Below are positions 1 to 15,119 of a stretch of 64,000 bases of DNA, piece after piece; within the stretch, counting starts at the first letter, position 1; each line of letters starts with the position of its first letter. The position numbers and the translations under genes were made by a program. Below the pieces are notes generated by a model. It was not told the origin of the DNA, ran no database searches, and was given only the letters and a program-made list of their open reading frames with translations. Source of the stretch: Tubiluchus corallicola (Eukaryota > Animalia > Priapulida); NCBI GenBank assembly GCA_030141605.1, contig JAQGDQ010000237.1, positions 124,001-188,000 of the forward strand, in the 5' to 3' direction.

Positions 1-479
1 CACGATCTTTGTCACTACATTTTCACATTCATGACCTTTCATGATTTTATTCTTTTATTTTCACCTCCTGCACCCTGCTATTTCATATCGCCTATTCAAT
101 CTCAGATCATACAAGTGTTACTTTTGATGTGAGCTGATCATTTGTCTTGCTCATTGTAAATTGTACGGCTATATCTAATTTAAGGTCATTTCTGGTGTCT
201 TTATATTGCACATTTTGTATAACATATTGTCATTTTTGCGTAAACTGGCTCTGGAATAAATAAACTAAATTAAACTAATAAACGTGTTATCATTACTAAA
301 ATAGTTTTGCTCAATTAAGGTACTAACTGTTTTGCTCATTCTGTTTCTAACCTTAGTTTTCTCACATTCGTGACTTTGAAATCCATTTTTTGTTCACTTC
401 TGATTTTCATTTTCTTTATCATAAAATTATAATTTGCTTTTTTCTTTTTCCGTTTTTTCTTCAACTAATAATTTATAGG

Positions 480-1480
480 TACACTGCACTTGTTCAGTCA
501 CCTAAATAGTTTCACTGGTCTGTCCTTTGAATTATTCTGTTTCTTAAAATTAGCTTCTGTTTCTTCGTTTTCTTTTTACTTGGCATATTTAGTTCTCATA
601 TGCATGTAATTTTATTTAGTTTTCTTCAAGCTGAATCATACTTCTCCATACTTTCTAACACCTTACATTTTCTGCTGCCTTCGATATTGCTTGTTAGAGT
701 CTAACTACTGCAATCACATTATTTAAATAATTATGGCATTGTTCCTATATTCAAAATTGAGTTTATTATAATACCCGTACTAGAATAATTTTCATTATTT
801 ATTTTCATTGTTTATTGTAACTAGACATAGTTTTGGTGAAATTGACATTCCTTGTCTCACCGACCCTTCATTGTTTTGGTGTCGTCTGTTATTCCTATTT
901 GGAATTTAGCATTTCAGTTATTACATTAACTTCTTTGTTGATATCACTGTACAGGTTATACACAATTCTAACAATGAGTGCCATCAGATGATGCTATGCA
1001 ATTGCACCCATTTTACACATACCATTTACTGAATCATGTATAACCATTGTTTATCAAAATATTTTTGTACATCTTGATAATAGGGAACATTCAACACTTT
1101 ACTAGTCAATGATTGCCCCTAATGTCAGCAAGTTATGGCATATTTCTACGTTTTTCTTTCATGAAATACATGATATCTATGCACACAAAAATCCAATGCA
1201 ATACATGGCTTTCATAATTCCTGCTTATTATAATTCTTTCAAAGGATTTCGCAATGGCACTTGATAAAAAGCTTCTCTTCTACTTTCCATATTTTTTTTT
1301 CATTGATGTACCTTTATATATTAATGTGATTTTCACTTTTCCCAAGCATTTATTATTTCTGTAGCCATTTGTATTCTTTTAAAAGTGCAAGTTAGGCTAC
1401 TTATTAGACCTTGTCCTGCCATTATCAGCATTCCCTTGCTTCATCCTTGTCAGTCTCCTGCCTTTTACTTTTTAATTTTG
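480..1480 (-). mobile_element. Decayed non-LTR retrotransposon reverse-transcriptase region; boundaries approximate
   Basis: The plus strand is strongly T-skewed. Minus-strand translation gives RT motif remnants QDVQKYFDKQWL (~1042-1076, D..K.FD motif) and EGSVRQGMSISPKLC (~825-869, GVRQG..SP motif) in the expected order, broken by stops and frameshifts. Confidence 0.7.
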
Positions 1481-1727
1481 TATCTTTTAACTTCTTATTA
1501 ATTATTGATTATCATAAAAGATAACTTTATTTCCTACACAGTTTGTAATTGTCGCATAAACACATTAATCTTTCCTTCAACTTTTTTGCCATTTGGTGTT
1601 CTGCACTCCTTGGCTTGAACAATTATTAATAGCGTTAATTTTGTAATTATATTTCACAAAGTCAACTGGCGCTACGAATATATAGTATTGCATCCGTCTG
1701 GAGCACTTTATGAAGATAATATGCAGT

Positions 1728-1735
1728 GGCGCGCC
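1728..1735. promoter_or_regulatory. E2F-like GGCGCGCC palindrome upstream of kinesin-13
   Basis: GC-rich palindrome about 140 bp before the ATG, in otherwise AT-rich DNA; plausible for a cell-cycle gene. Motif match only. Confidence 0.3.
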
Positions 1736-1842
1736 TTGTTTCGAAGATGTTATTCGTTGTTACTGAAAACGGTAAAATAATAAAGGGTACGAAAAATTTT
1801 AAAAGCCACCAGTTTGGCTTACCATTGAAAGTAATTTTGTAG

Positions 1843-4098
<2,256 letters not shown>

Positions 4099-7000
4099 AT
4101 GAGATCAAATCATAGGTTGCTTATATGTGTTAATTTTTTGTTTAAAAAACACTATTTTCCTTAAACCTTCTCCACTTTGTAGATTGATTTCTTATTTAGA
4201 TAGTGACCGCTACTATGTAGCGACAATGCTTCTATATAATGTTTATCAGTGATACATTTTTCTTTTGTTTTGTCCTGACGTGTTTAACTTCTACTAAGTG
4301 TCGTGAAAGCGGTGCTTTTGCTGTGTCATAAAATTAACATCAACTTTATTGAAAATTTGATGGAACCGTCCAGTGTAATTATTGCTTGTCAGAAACACAC
4401 TTTGTTCTTTCAGACTTTCATACTGATATTATTGTTTCATTTTTTGCAAATTTTGTTGTTTTTTTAATATTTAAAATGTACTAATATTTACTTTGCACAG
4501 GCTGTCATGTATGAATTAATAGCGCTAGTTTGATAAACTCATCGAAAAATTCTTGTTGTTGTAAGCTTGTCGTAATATGCTGTACTATGATGGTGACATG
4601 CTTGGGCTTCAAATTGAGAAATGGTTGAAATATTTACTAAATATTTTTATGTTGATATATGTTTGTTAATTGCCTTATTTATGGCAATGCTTGTGGAAAA
4701 TAGAGAAAGCATTTGAACAAGTTAGTTGAATTTATAAGTTCTTTTTACAATGTAAACTACGTTTAAATTTAGCTATACCACTGCAATGTTTTCTTAAGAG
4801 TTTGTTGTCACAGATTGTAAATCTAAATTTATATGGATTTAGTGGTGATTGTTTAATTTGTTGTTTTTACTTTCCACTTTTCTGTACAACAACATACTCT
4901 GTTTGGCATCTTTCGATAGTAATATACGTTTGAAATCATCTGTGTTACCTCTATTCTTATTTCAAAATTTGAGCTGATATTTTGGCACTAGAGATGTTTT
5001 CTGAATTTGTACAGTTCGCCTAAATTAACTTTTTCGAATTATAAATGCAGAATATTAGTATATGATTTCTGGTTCTTTATTGTACATCCTTGTCCATACA
5101 AAAATGTTAATATGTATGTATACTAGTCTAGTTTACTTAACAGTGTTATAGATGTGTATTCCAGAAACATTATATTTGTTAAACTATTTCTTTATTCATG
5201 CCTGTGACTGCAGTTGATGCCTTAACCCTCTCTTTAATGCTATGCGTTGCTAATTTATATTTTGATGCTGAATGTTTTGTGTATTTTTCTGTAGTTCAAC
5301 GACTTTTTCTTGCTACTGGTCATTGTTAACTCTGGAAGTAGCAGAATTTACCTGGTGATTGATATGCTCCACTGTTTGTGATAAGTTATATCTGTATTTA
5401 TAAATAAAGCTGTGTGTCTAACAAACTTTAATTGTGTTTCTGATCGTGAAATGCAACCATTGTATTTGTACACTTGTATAATACTAATATGCAGTAGGTT
5501 GTAGTGTATGCAATGTAACGTAGTCATAAGCATTCCACGGAATTAAACATTTAAGTCTAGGACAAGACTGAGTCCTATGCATGTAAACCATATGCTGCAA
5601 TGAATTTGCACTATTGTTCAGATTACTTTATTCAACTCATATTTCAAATAGAAGTAATTACAGATTGACAGTTAAACTGACACGCATTTGCATGAGTACA
5701 TGCTCACAGTCTCGCCCACAACTGTTTAATGAACACAACAACTGGTGCATTATCATGTATACTATCTCTGTTTTTCATCATCTTGTGTAGAATGTTAAAG
5801 CTGGTTTATTTACTTTTCTGTAGTGTTCAGAGTCTGCTTACTATAGGAATGAGCTTGTGGACTTGCTTATACATACCTCTGAAACTTTCCATTAAATGGA
5901 TTTAACGTATTAATAGTAGTGCACTTAAATGATGACTGAATGAATCATTCACTAGTCGTTTGTTATACAGATCGTTTAAACTTTTTAAGGCCAATAGCCA
6001 CTCAAGGTAAGTAGAAAGGTGAGAATATGAATAAAGTCCAGAGAAATAGAATTCGTTCGATGTTGTACGTTTCAGGGAAACAGGTTTCTAGTAGAAGATT
6101 CCATAGTTAAGAAGCCCAATGGACAAAACTTGATTTATATCAAACCATTTTGCATCTAGGAATGTCCATGCAGGGTGAGAAGTAGCAAAAACACAAAACT
6201 GCATGAGCAAGCTGTTGTAAGTGCTCTACATGATTCCTGTACCGATGTTTATAGAAATCAGTGACCAGAGGTCCTGAAAGTGTCTTCTAGTTACTTCTTA
6301 TTACTGCAGCAGACGTCTGTCCTTCAACCTGAGCCATTTCCTATATGTATAGCCTTTCCCGACTGGTAAGTTACCCTTGGTGTCCACTTTTACTTGCGTT
6401 GTTTTCAGGGAATGTTGTTCACATCAAAGCAAAAAACCTCGTTGGCAACAACTACTCCAATCCCCAGGGAAGAAAAAACAGTATTAGTCCAGGAGACTTC
6501 TGCCCTTCACTTGAGATATTTCCTATAGATATAGCCTTTCCTGACTGGTAGGCTACCCTTACAGACAGTTGCCAGGCAAATATTTAAAACAAAAGTAATC
6601 TGTCCTCAAAGACAGGCAGAAAATAAGGCAAGAAAAAGATTCATTTGCTTCATGCAGTAACAGAAATCAAAAGCTTTCATTCAGGTTTCTCCATAACAGC
6701 ACTTTGTTCTGATCGAGTATAATCATGAAATTCATTTTCTTCTTTTTCGTGCTCTCTACAACTATTATAATTAATATTGCAGATCACTAAGATCAGTTTT
6801 TTCACTGCATGTACTATGCACCGCGCCTACATCTATGGTACTGAGCTTAGTGTCAAATATGAAAATATCAATTAGCAAAGCAGAGAATTCCCGTATTGCC
6901 AGTAAAAATATGAGTTGAAACATAATAACATTACTACATCATTTTTGTCTAATTTAGGATTTTTATTTAATAACTTTCACGACCAATTTGCTTTGAAAAC

Positions 7001-7179
7001 CGACAAAATGATCTAGCAATAAATAAAAATTAATAAGCGTGTTAAATTAGTTCAAGTCTAGTTTCAAGTAGGTACAAGTTAAAATTATTGGGCAACGTTA
7101 TAACATAAGTTAGTTACTGAATTGGATACTGATGCTCACCAACTTCACTTAAGTGGCAGTGTATTCAGTAGTAGTGGTG

Positions 7180-7470
7180 TTAGAAAGGTATTATATTCCC
7201 GAAACGCGAATCCATTCACAATTCTAAAAACTTCAGTCAGTTCTACTCTTAGTCGATGGTGTTCTAGGGGCATTAATCTACATCTGTTCATATGTTAACT
7301 TTTCAAAACTATGACACTTTGTCAAGCTTATAGCTCTGTTTGTCACCATGCCTGCATGCAGTAGACTAAGCGCGGTCTAACAAAATGTTTTGTACAATTT
7401 TACTATTAAGTATTATATCTTTGTCCTTATTAATACTGGACCTTTTTATCATGACATTTTGATTCTTTTT
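7180..7470 (-). mobile_element. CR1/L2-clade LINE 3' ORF2 fragment, decayed
   Basis: Minus-strand remnants IKRSSINKDKDII, FVRPRLVYCMQAW and LMPLEHHRLRVELTEVFRIVNGF match the CR1 C-terminal motifs LVRPHLEYC..W and LE.RRLRGDLIE.FKI..G. Frameshifted. Confidence 0.8.
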
Positions 7471-7901
7471 GCTGCTCATAATTTTGCCTCAGATGTTCCC
7501 AGATGCAGGATTATGCAAGGATAGGCACTTAGTTACCAATGCAGCTTTTCCCCTTCAGCTTCTAACCAGAACCTCATTTGCTTCAAAAAGAATGTCATTA
7601 TATATTTCTTATCACTAACAAATCTGTTACAGGGATTCTTTTTTGAATCTGTTTTCGTACTTTCCATTTCTAGTCTAACTTAAGGTTTTATTTTAAGTGG
7701 CCACTGACCTTGTTTCAAGAAATCCTCAATTAAAAAGTGAATCATGTTTGAGATAGGTTTTATTTGGTTATTATTTGGTTAGGTTTCCTTCCTATCATGA
7801 GAACTGTCGTGTTCCTTTTTCTACTTTTTGAAAAGTGAAGTGAAAATTTTATTAAATGAGATTAAAATTCGATAGATACATCATGTAGGTTGCAGTTCAC
7901 T

Positions 7902-7909
7902 TATCGATA
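7902..7909. promoter_or_regulatory. DRE-like palindrome TATCGATA upstream of SCOC
   Basis: Exact DRE/DREF consensus about 200 bp upstream of the SCOC ATG. Motif match only. Confidence 0.3.
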
Positions 7910-8104
7910 TTTGCACTGACATAATTTAGAGAAGTTAGTCTGCTGCGGTACTTACTAACAGGTGATTTAAGAATTGGTCAACACGTTATGCATCAAATTT
8001 CTATTTTTATCATATGTTATCATAGGTCACAGGTACAGCAAGTTGATTCTCAAAGTAGTGCTTAGCTACTACTCTCTACTACAGAGACTTCTTTTTTAAA
8101 AAAA

Positions 8105-11100
8105 ATGTCGTCTCTTGCATCACCCAGTGATTCAGACTCTTCAGATATACCTGCTACTGATGCCGATACTGAAGGTATGCGATTACCGGTATTTGATTTT
8201 GACAGCTGCTCATCACTAATTGGTATTGTTTGTTGCACATTGTGGCTAGTTTTGCCACGTTTGTGTCCACAAATATTTTTCTAAAATATGCAAGAGTATG
8301 TCAACTGCACTATTTCACGTTCAAAAACAAATTTATTAAAGCAAGAGTTTTGTCTTGCGTGGCGACTGTACATTCAGTAATGTGACAACATTATATTAAA
8401 AACTGATCGAACAAATAGTTATTGGATTTTTAAGATAATGTTATGTGAAGGAAATTTAAAAATGTTGTGACAGAACCTGGATTTGAACCATGAATTTTTG
8501 GATTATAAGTGCACCATAATTAGCATTACTTAGACCCAGTGATTAAGGTAACTGTCGGTCATTTCTGAATCCTTGTGGTCATCATCCAATTGCTGACTGT
8601 AATCACAGGGTTAAAAAGTCTAGTGGTTATGGCTTTAGAGTTGTAATTCAAAAAATTATTTAAATCCAGGTTCTGCCCCGAGTTTTCAGCAATATATCCT
8701 TGCATTTGTTTGTGTAAGTTTGGTTTCAAAATTCCGTAATTGTGACTCACAGCATCATTACTAAATCTCAAAATTAAGATTATGAAAAAATTCTAATATT
8801 GTATTAGACTTTGCAAAATTCTAACGCTTCGTTGTCACTTTTTTTTAGCCGAGCCAGAAAGCCGTGAAGATATGATGATGTCAACTGGAACCGATGAATC
8901 TATGACAAAAAGTGGAGAAAGTGTACCAAGCTCTGCAGGTAAGCCAACATTTTATGAATACTTCTGTAACATTGCTGAGAATGGTCGTGCCACTAAAATA
9001 CATGTAGTTTCGGTGCCTTGACTCAATGCAATCTCAAGTTAGAAACTCTGAGTTTCTGTGCCTTGACTCAATACAGTCTCAAGTTAGAAACTCAGCTAAG
9101 ATAAAGATTGTTTCCCTATATGGCATTGTACGGCCAGAGTTTGTTTACTCTCTGCACGACTTGGTCAAATCTTCTATTTCCATATGCAAGTTACATGCAA
9201 TGACAGAAAGCTCGATAATATATATGGTAGCAAGCTCCTGTCAAAGTAGGTGATGTGTTAGGGTTTGGGCAGATAATGTGTAAAGTGTGTACTGAATTTA
9301 GTAGGTAAGACTGTCACATCATAACAGTCTAGAACGAATGTACCTAACAGTGCCTGTGAGTTATATAGCTGAGTGGGCACAGTGTATGCTATTGCTATGA
9401 AACTGAATCATCGTGCATCACGATTAGAAATGGATGGGTGACTGCCAGAAAGTGCCTATGGGCAATTTGATCTGATGTACTGCCTTCAGTCATTGCCCTC
9501 ATCAAGGAAGGACGAACATACATCCTGATGTTGCTAAGACACTTCCAATAGTTACGTTTTTTCTTAGAAGGTTATCTTTGGAGACACAATGTATGGTCTG
9601 CCGAGTGGGGGCTCGTGTGTTGGTACTGTGGAACTGCAGCACCCCCTATTTTCACTCGATATTATCGATAAACTTCAATAAAATGTCTTTTTTCTTTAGT
9701 TCTTTATACTTGTTCATGAGAGTAGTACTGTTTGCTTCACAGCCCAGCACAGTGCATTCACAGCTCAAGCAACGTGGCTTTTGGCTGTTGTGCGCATGCA
9801 GCCATGTGTACATGTCTGACATAAGATGCTGCACTTTAGGGAGAAAAAGAACTGTCGCTCACGCAATGTGTGTTGTCAGTTGTCACTTGCTTAAAAGCCA
9901 TGTACTGCCATATTCTTGAACTGTGACAATTTAGGCTATTTGCAAGTAAACAATATTTTTGTTTAGGATTTTATCGAGTTTAGGTATAAAACTTCCGTAT
10001 GTTTGTTCGTTTAACATTACAATATTAAAATTACACGTGTTTGTTTCGTTTTACTCAGTATTAAAGCTTTGGCTAAAAATTTTCTGAAGCAGCACCCCTA
10101 GCAATTTTAGCTTCGAGCCGCCATTGGGTCTGCCACAACCATTCATCACTAAGCCTTAATGTTGAATATTGAGCTTCTGTTTGCCATTGGCCAGACTGCA
10201 CAAAATGAATGTGTTAACAACATATTTTATTGTTTAAGACTAATAAAATAATAAGATAAAATAACTATCTTTTTAGTTAATGTGGAACCTTGATCACTTA
10301 GTTGGATTGGGTGCCATCATTATGCTATTATGCATTTGGATCCTGGTTTAAATTTAGATGTAAATTAAAGTTTATTGGTATATCACACGGTACTTTATTT
10401 CTTTTCTTTATTATATAGAACTTCTATGTTTGTCATAAGAAGGTGGATAAATGAATTCTTTCGACACCTAATAACTTACTTAGGTAGTAATAGCTTCGAT
10501 AAATTCCAAGTTTCTTTGTTACAGGTCTAGATTTTCCTGTTTTTGACTCGGAAGCAAGTGTTGATGAAACAGAAGAAAAAGCGAGATTAATAGCTCAAGT
10601 GATGGAGCTTCAGAATACACTTGACGGTAAAGCATTATAGTGGTTATCTTTGCTGTTTATAGTATTTCGTCTCTTGTATTTGTGTAAATGTGTTAAAATG
10701 CGTTTGACTGCTGAATTTTGTACTTTTTATGTGATTTTGAAAAAGTGCAAGACCGAGTCCCATTGCACTTGCTTTTTATAACAATAGGCAGGAATGCATA
10801 TGAACCAAAGTTCAGTGTGACCTGAATATTTGGTTCCAAATCTTGATCACATTCAGTTTGGTTCAGTTTGCAGGGTTCCCACGGTCAGGAAAATCCTGGA
10901 AAATTAGAGAAAATGATAATTTTAATAAAAAGTCAGGGAACTTGGAAAGGGTTGCTAAAATAATCACCGTGAACTGATATTTTTCCAAACATATTTTTCA
11001 GCAATTCGTGTTCAAATAAAATCTTGCTATGACACGCTCCCAGTTTCAATTTCTGTTCCAAAAATAATGATTGGATTAAGAAAGTTTATTTAATGTGAGT

Positions 11101-12614
11101 AGTGTATTTCTGTTAGCACTACTGCAAGTGTGCCGACACATTAGATATCAGTATATGTATGAGTATCCATACACAAAAATGATTGAATATGTATAATGGT
11201 AATATAATTTCTGCTTATCTTGGTCATGGAAAATCCAATGTTTGGTCAGGGAAAAGTCAGGGAAATTATTTTAAAATTGTGTGGGAACCCTGAGCTTGAA
11301 GTTTGGCAAAGTTGTCAGTCCACACATATTTTTTTGACAGAATGCCACAAAATATCCAATCCTAACTCGCTTGTAATAAGCCCTTTCACAGTTCCAGTAA
11401 TTGATGGTGATCGAGAAAAGGTCAAAGTTTAAGTGTACCAAACAGTGCATTTGTGTACACTTGATAACACCTCGCAGCTCAAGCTATTGTAATAGTAACA
11501 ATTTTAACGGCTAGCTAGAACTTTACCTAGTTCATTTTTTCTTGTTCCTAAGCAAGATCCTGCTAGCAAATCAGTCTATGCACAGACTAATGCAAAATTA
11601 AGTAAAGTCCACACAAAACAACTGAAGTTACTGAACTGATGCAACAGGCTGCTTTGCTTTACGCACATGTCACGTAGTAGTTAAGATGCGTTGCTATGGC
11701 AGGGATGTTACCAAAACGAAAATATTCTTTTCGTTTCGATTGCACTTTCGGTTAAGTTTCGGTTTCGGCAAAATTTCTTAAATTTCGTACCCGAAGCTTC
11801 GGATAAATTTTCGGCAGAATTTTCCCAATGTTTTACTAGTATTTGTCCAATTTACCTTTTCTTTTCTCCTAGATGCCAAAAGTCGCTGAAAAATCTTGGG
11901 TAAATTAGTTCAAATAAAACGAAAATTTCATTTACATAAAAGTTTGTCACGTGCTTTTATCAGCAATATGGCGCATCTTCAGTGCTGATGACTGTGGAAT
12001 TTCAGGGTTTCCAGGGCCAATCAACCGAAATATCAAACCACGATGGAATTTACTTGAGCAAAATTTTTATAATTTATGAAATATAGGCAAAAAAATATCT
12101 ATAAAATAAAACTTGTTTATTTTTAATGAAGCATTATGATCTTCAAACATTAATCATTAAGGATACTTATATCCAAAAACATTATAACACTTTTTCTAAG
12201 GTAAGCCACTCCATTAAACTTGAGGTTCTATACTATAAAACTTCCTTGTCCTTTTTGTATTGGAATGAGAACGTAGCAAATGCAGAATTTTGCAGTACAA
12301 CACGTGCTTCTAAATTGCAGTTTTCAGTTCACTAACATCACTCTATACTGTATATTAAACATTACTGGTCAATGTTATGTATACATATAATATTTAATGT
12401 GGGACAGAACAATTTCTGCACCTATAAGTTATTAAATTTAATAACTAACAGAACTATGTATACACTTTCAGACATTTCGCAGAGAGTGGATTCTGTTAAG
12501 GAAGAGAATTTGAAGTTGAAATCTGAAAACCAAGTCCTCGGGCAGTACATTGAGAATTTAATGTCTGCCAGTTCTGTGTTTCAGTCAACGTCACCAAAGT
12601 CCAAGAAAAAGTAA
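8105..12614 (+). CDS. SCOC: Short coiled-coil protein SCOC/UNC-69, 4 exons, 134 aa
   Basis: Exons 8105-8174, 8849-8938, 10525-10626 and 12472-12614; all GT..AG, phase 1, total 405 nt. The C-terminus [56 protein letters not shown] is the conserved SCOC coiled coil. Confidence 0.95.
10871..11292. mobile_element. Non-autonomous DNA transposon (hAT-like MITE) in SCOC intron 3
   Basis: Perfect 12-bp TIR CAGGGTTCCCAC / GTGGGAACCCTG, with near-duplicated 6-bp flanks AGTTTG / AGCTTG. Confidence 0.8.
11375..11699 (-). mobile_element. MITE family A, truncated copy, inverted relative to 13204-13596
   Basis: Begins AATAAGCCCTTTCACAG and aligns as a reverse complement to 13204-13596 and 44218-44599. Similarity ends where a CAGGGATG-starting sequence begins at ~11700. 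Confidence 0.8.
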
Positions 12615-13203
12615 GAAAATCTAATCTTAATGACGAGTAATGATATATTGACTAATTAAGATCAATCCACATGGCATCGTTGCTTTGAACAGTTGTTCAC
12701 TAATGTTCAGCTTGTACTTACGATTTTGGGTATTCGTATTTGCCATAGTGACAAATATATCTGTCTCACCCCAGTTGTGGACACAGTGTTGTCAAAAATG
12801 GTTATTTGTGACTCACATGCCATATATCATGTATCCTAGTTGTTCCACTCTGTATTAGTGTTCTAGACTGGATTTTATTCTCCGTAGTTTGGCACACTTT
12901 TTTCCTCTGCACGTATATGTTACAAATTCTAGACGTGTAACAGTCACATTTTCGATTTTTCTGAAAACCTGCTGTTACGTGTAAATGCCTAACATTGTTT
13001 TTTCTCATGAGTTTCTTGCTGTTTACTTATCAGTATTTTCCCCAGGTCTTTCCATGGTGACACATTCTCAACATGGTCTTTCTATCACGCATTCTGTTGT
13101 TCTTGGCAGCTTGCATTTGCTGCCTGCCAACCTGAACTTCATATTTGCTTAACTGTGTTCTCTTGTTTTCCTGTCAATGACATGCTGACATACAGTTACA
13201 TAC

Positions 13204-13596
13204 AATAAGCCTTTTCACATTTCGTTGTGCACGTGTGCAGTTGCTGTAAGTCAAAGGTTAAGTGTACCACAGCAACGCATTTTAATAACAACTGTTACAT
13301 GCCATGTGTGCAAAGCAAAGCTGGCTGCCACATCAGTTCAGCAACTTGAGTTGTTTTACGTGGACATTACCTAATTATGCATTAGTCTCTGCGTAGAGTG
13401 TTTTACTGGCAGGATATTGCTTGGGAACAAGAAAAATGAACGAGGTAAGGTTCTAGCTAGCTGTTAAAACTGTTTGTATTACAACAGCATGGCCTGCGAG
13501 GCATTTTCAAGTGTACGCAGATGCATTGTGTGGTACGCTTAACTTTTGACTTTTTCACGATCATCACAAATCACTAGAACTGTGAAATGGCTTATT
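13204..13596 (+). mobile_element. MITE family A, full ~390-bp copy
   Basis: TIR AATAAGCCTTTTCACA ... TGTGAAATGGCTTATT; internal sequence shared with 44218-44599 and 11375-11699. Confidence 0.85.
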
Positions 13597-14162
13597 GTGT
13601 ATACATCATGGACATGACATTTTGTAATGTTTTTATGAACATGAATTTTGGGAGTCATTTCTAGTACCGTGTATCAGAATGGGTTATGTATTATAACTTT
13701 TACCTTTGTGCTATCTACTGACTGTATCTGTATTTAAAAGTCAGTTGTCACACTTGTTGTTAATTGTTTTCTTTAATATTTCTGTAGGTGAGTCAACAAG
13801 CTGGAGTTGTTCGTTTCACCATCGATTCATTTTGAAAAACTAGCCAAATTTTAAATAATACCACCAGCATGTAGCTTTCAAATATCTCTGTATACGTTTT
13901 CACATACTTGTTTAATAACAAGTTCAGTTTAGCTTGCAACTTGGCATTCACAGCTTAGAGATTAATGATTATTTACTGTAGTGTGTATAAAACTGTAACT
14001 GTTGTTAACCAGAATCGTTTTTGCTTCGATTTTTACATAATAATGTAAAGTTTTATTAGTCTGTAAACTTTATTTATTGTTATTTATTTGCGTGTATATA
14101 TACTTGTATGTACATTTAGTTGATGCAGATGTATATTTTCTTTTCTGATTCTGTAAGTTATA

Positions 14163-15119
14163 CTGGACAGAGAGCCTTATCTTTGCTAAGTTAGCCTGGA
14201 CAGAGAGCCTTATCTTTGCTAAGTTAGCCTGGACAGAGAGCTATATCTTTGCTAAGTTAGCCTGGACAGAGAGCCTTATCTTTGCTAAGTTAGCCTGGAC
14301 AGAGAGCTATATCTTTGCTAAGTTAGCCTGGACAGAGAGCCTTATCTTTGCTAAGTTAGCCTGGACAGAGAGCTTTATCTTTGCTAAGTTAGCCTGGACA
14401 GAGAGCCTTATCTTTGCTAAGTTAGCCTGGACAGAGAGCTTTATCTTTGCTAAGTTAGCCTGGACAGAGAGCTTTATCTTTGCTAAGTTAGCCTGGACAG
14501 AGAGCTTTATCTTTGCTAAGTTAGCCTGGACAGAGAGCTTTATCTTTGCTAAGTTAGCCTGCACAGAGAGCTTTATCTTTGCTAAGTTAGCCTGGACAGA
14601 GAGCCTTATCTTTGCTAAGTTAGCCTGGACAGAGAGCTTTATCTTTGCTAAGTTAGCCTGGACAGAGAGCTTTATCTTTGCTAAGTTAGCCTGGACAGAG
14701 AGCCTTATCTTTGCTAAGTTAGCCTGGACAGAGAGCTTTATCTTTGCTAAGCTAGCCTGGACAGAGAGCTTTATCTTTGCTAAGTTAGCCTGGACAGAGA
14801 GCCTTATCTTTGCTAAGTTAGCCTGGACAGAGAGCTTTATCTTTGCTAAGTTAGCCTGGACAGAGAGCCTTATCTTTGCTAAGTTAGCCTGGACAGAGAG
14901 CCTTATCTTTGCTAAATTAGCCTGGACAGAGAGCCTTATCTTTGCTAAGTTAGCCTGGACAGAGAGCCTTATCTTTGCTAAGTTAGCCTGGACAGAGAGC
15001 CTTATCTTTGCTAAGTTAGCCTGGACAGAGAGCCTTATCTTTGCTAAGTTAGCCTGGACAGAGAGCCTTATCTTTGCTAAGTTAGCCTGGACAGAGAGCT
15101 TTATCTTTGCTAAGTTAGC
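14163..15119. repeat. 33-bp minisatellite, 29 copies
   Basis: Unit CTGGACAGAGAGC(C/T)TTATCTTTGCTAAGTTAGC, head to tail, near-identical, with no spacers. Confidence 0.97.

Noticed and set aside
8468-8682. tRNA genes (B-box-like strings on both strands; also ~30310)
   Set aside because: No complete cloverleaf; most likely decayed tRNA-derived SINE heads.
14163-15119. 33-bp repeats as a CRISPR array, or the 85-aa ORF 14307-14564
   Set aside because: Units are contiguous with no spacers, there are no cas genes and the context is eukaryotic. The ORF only reflects a unit length divisible by 3.
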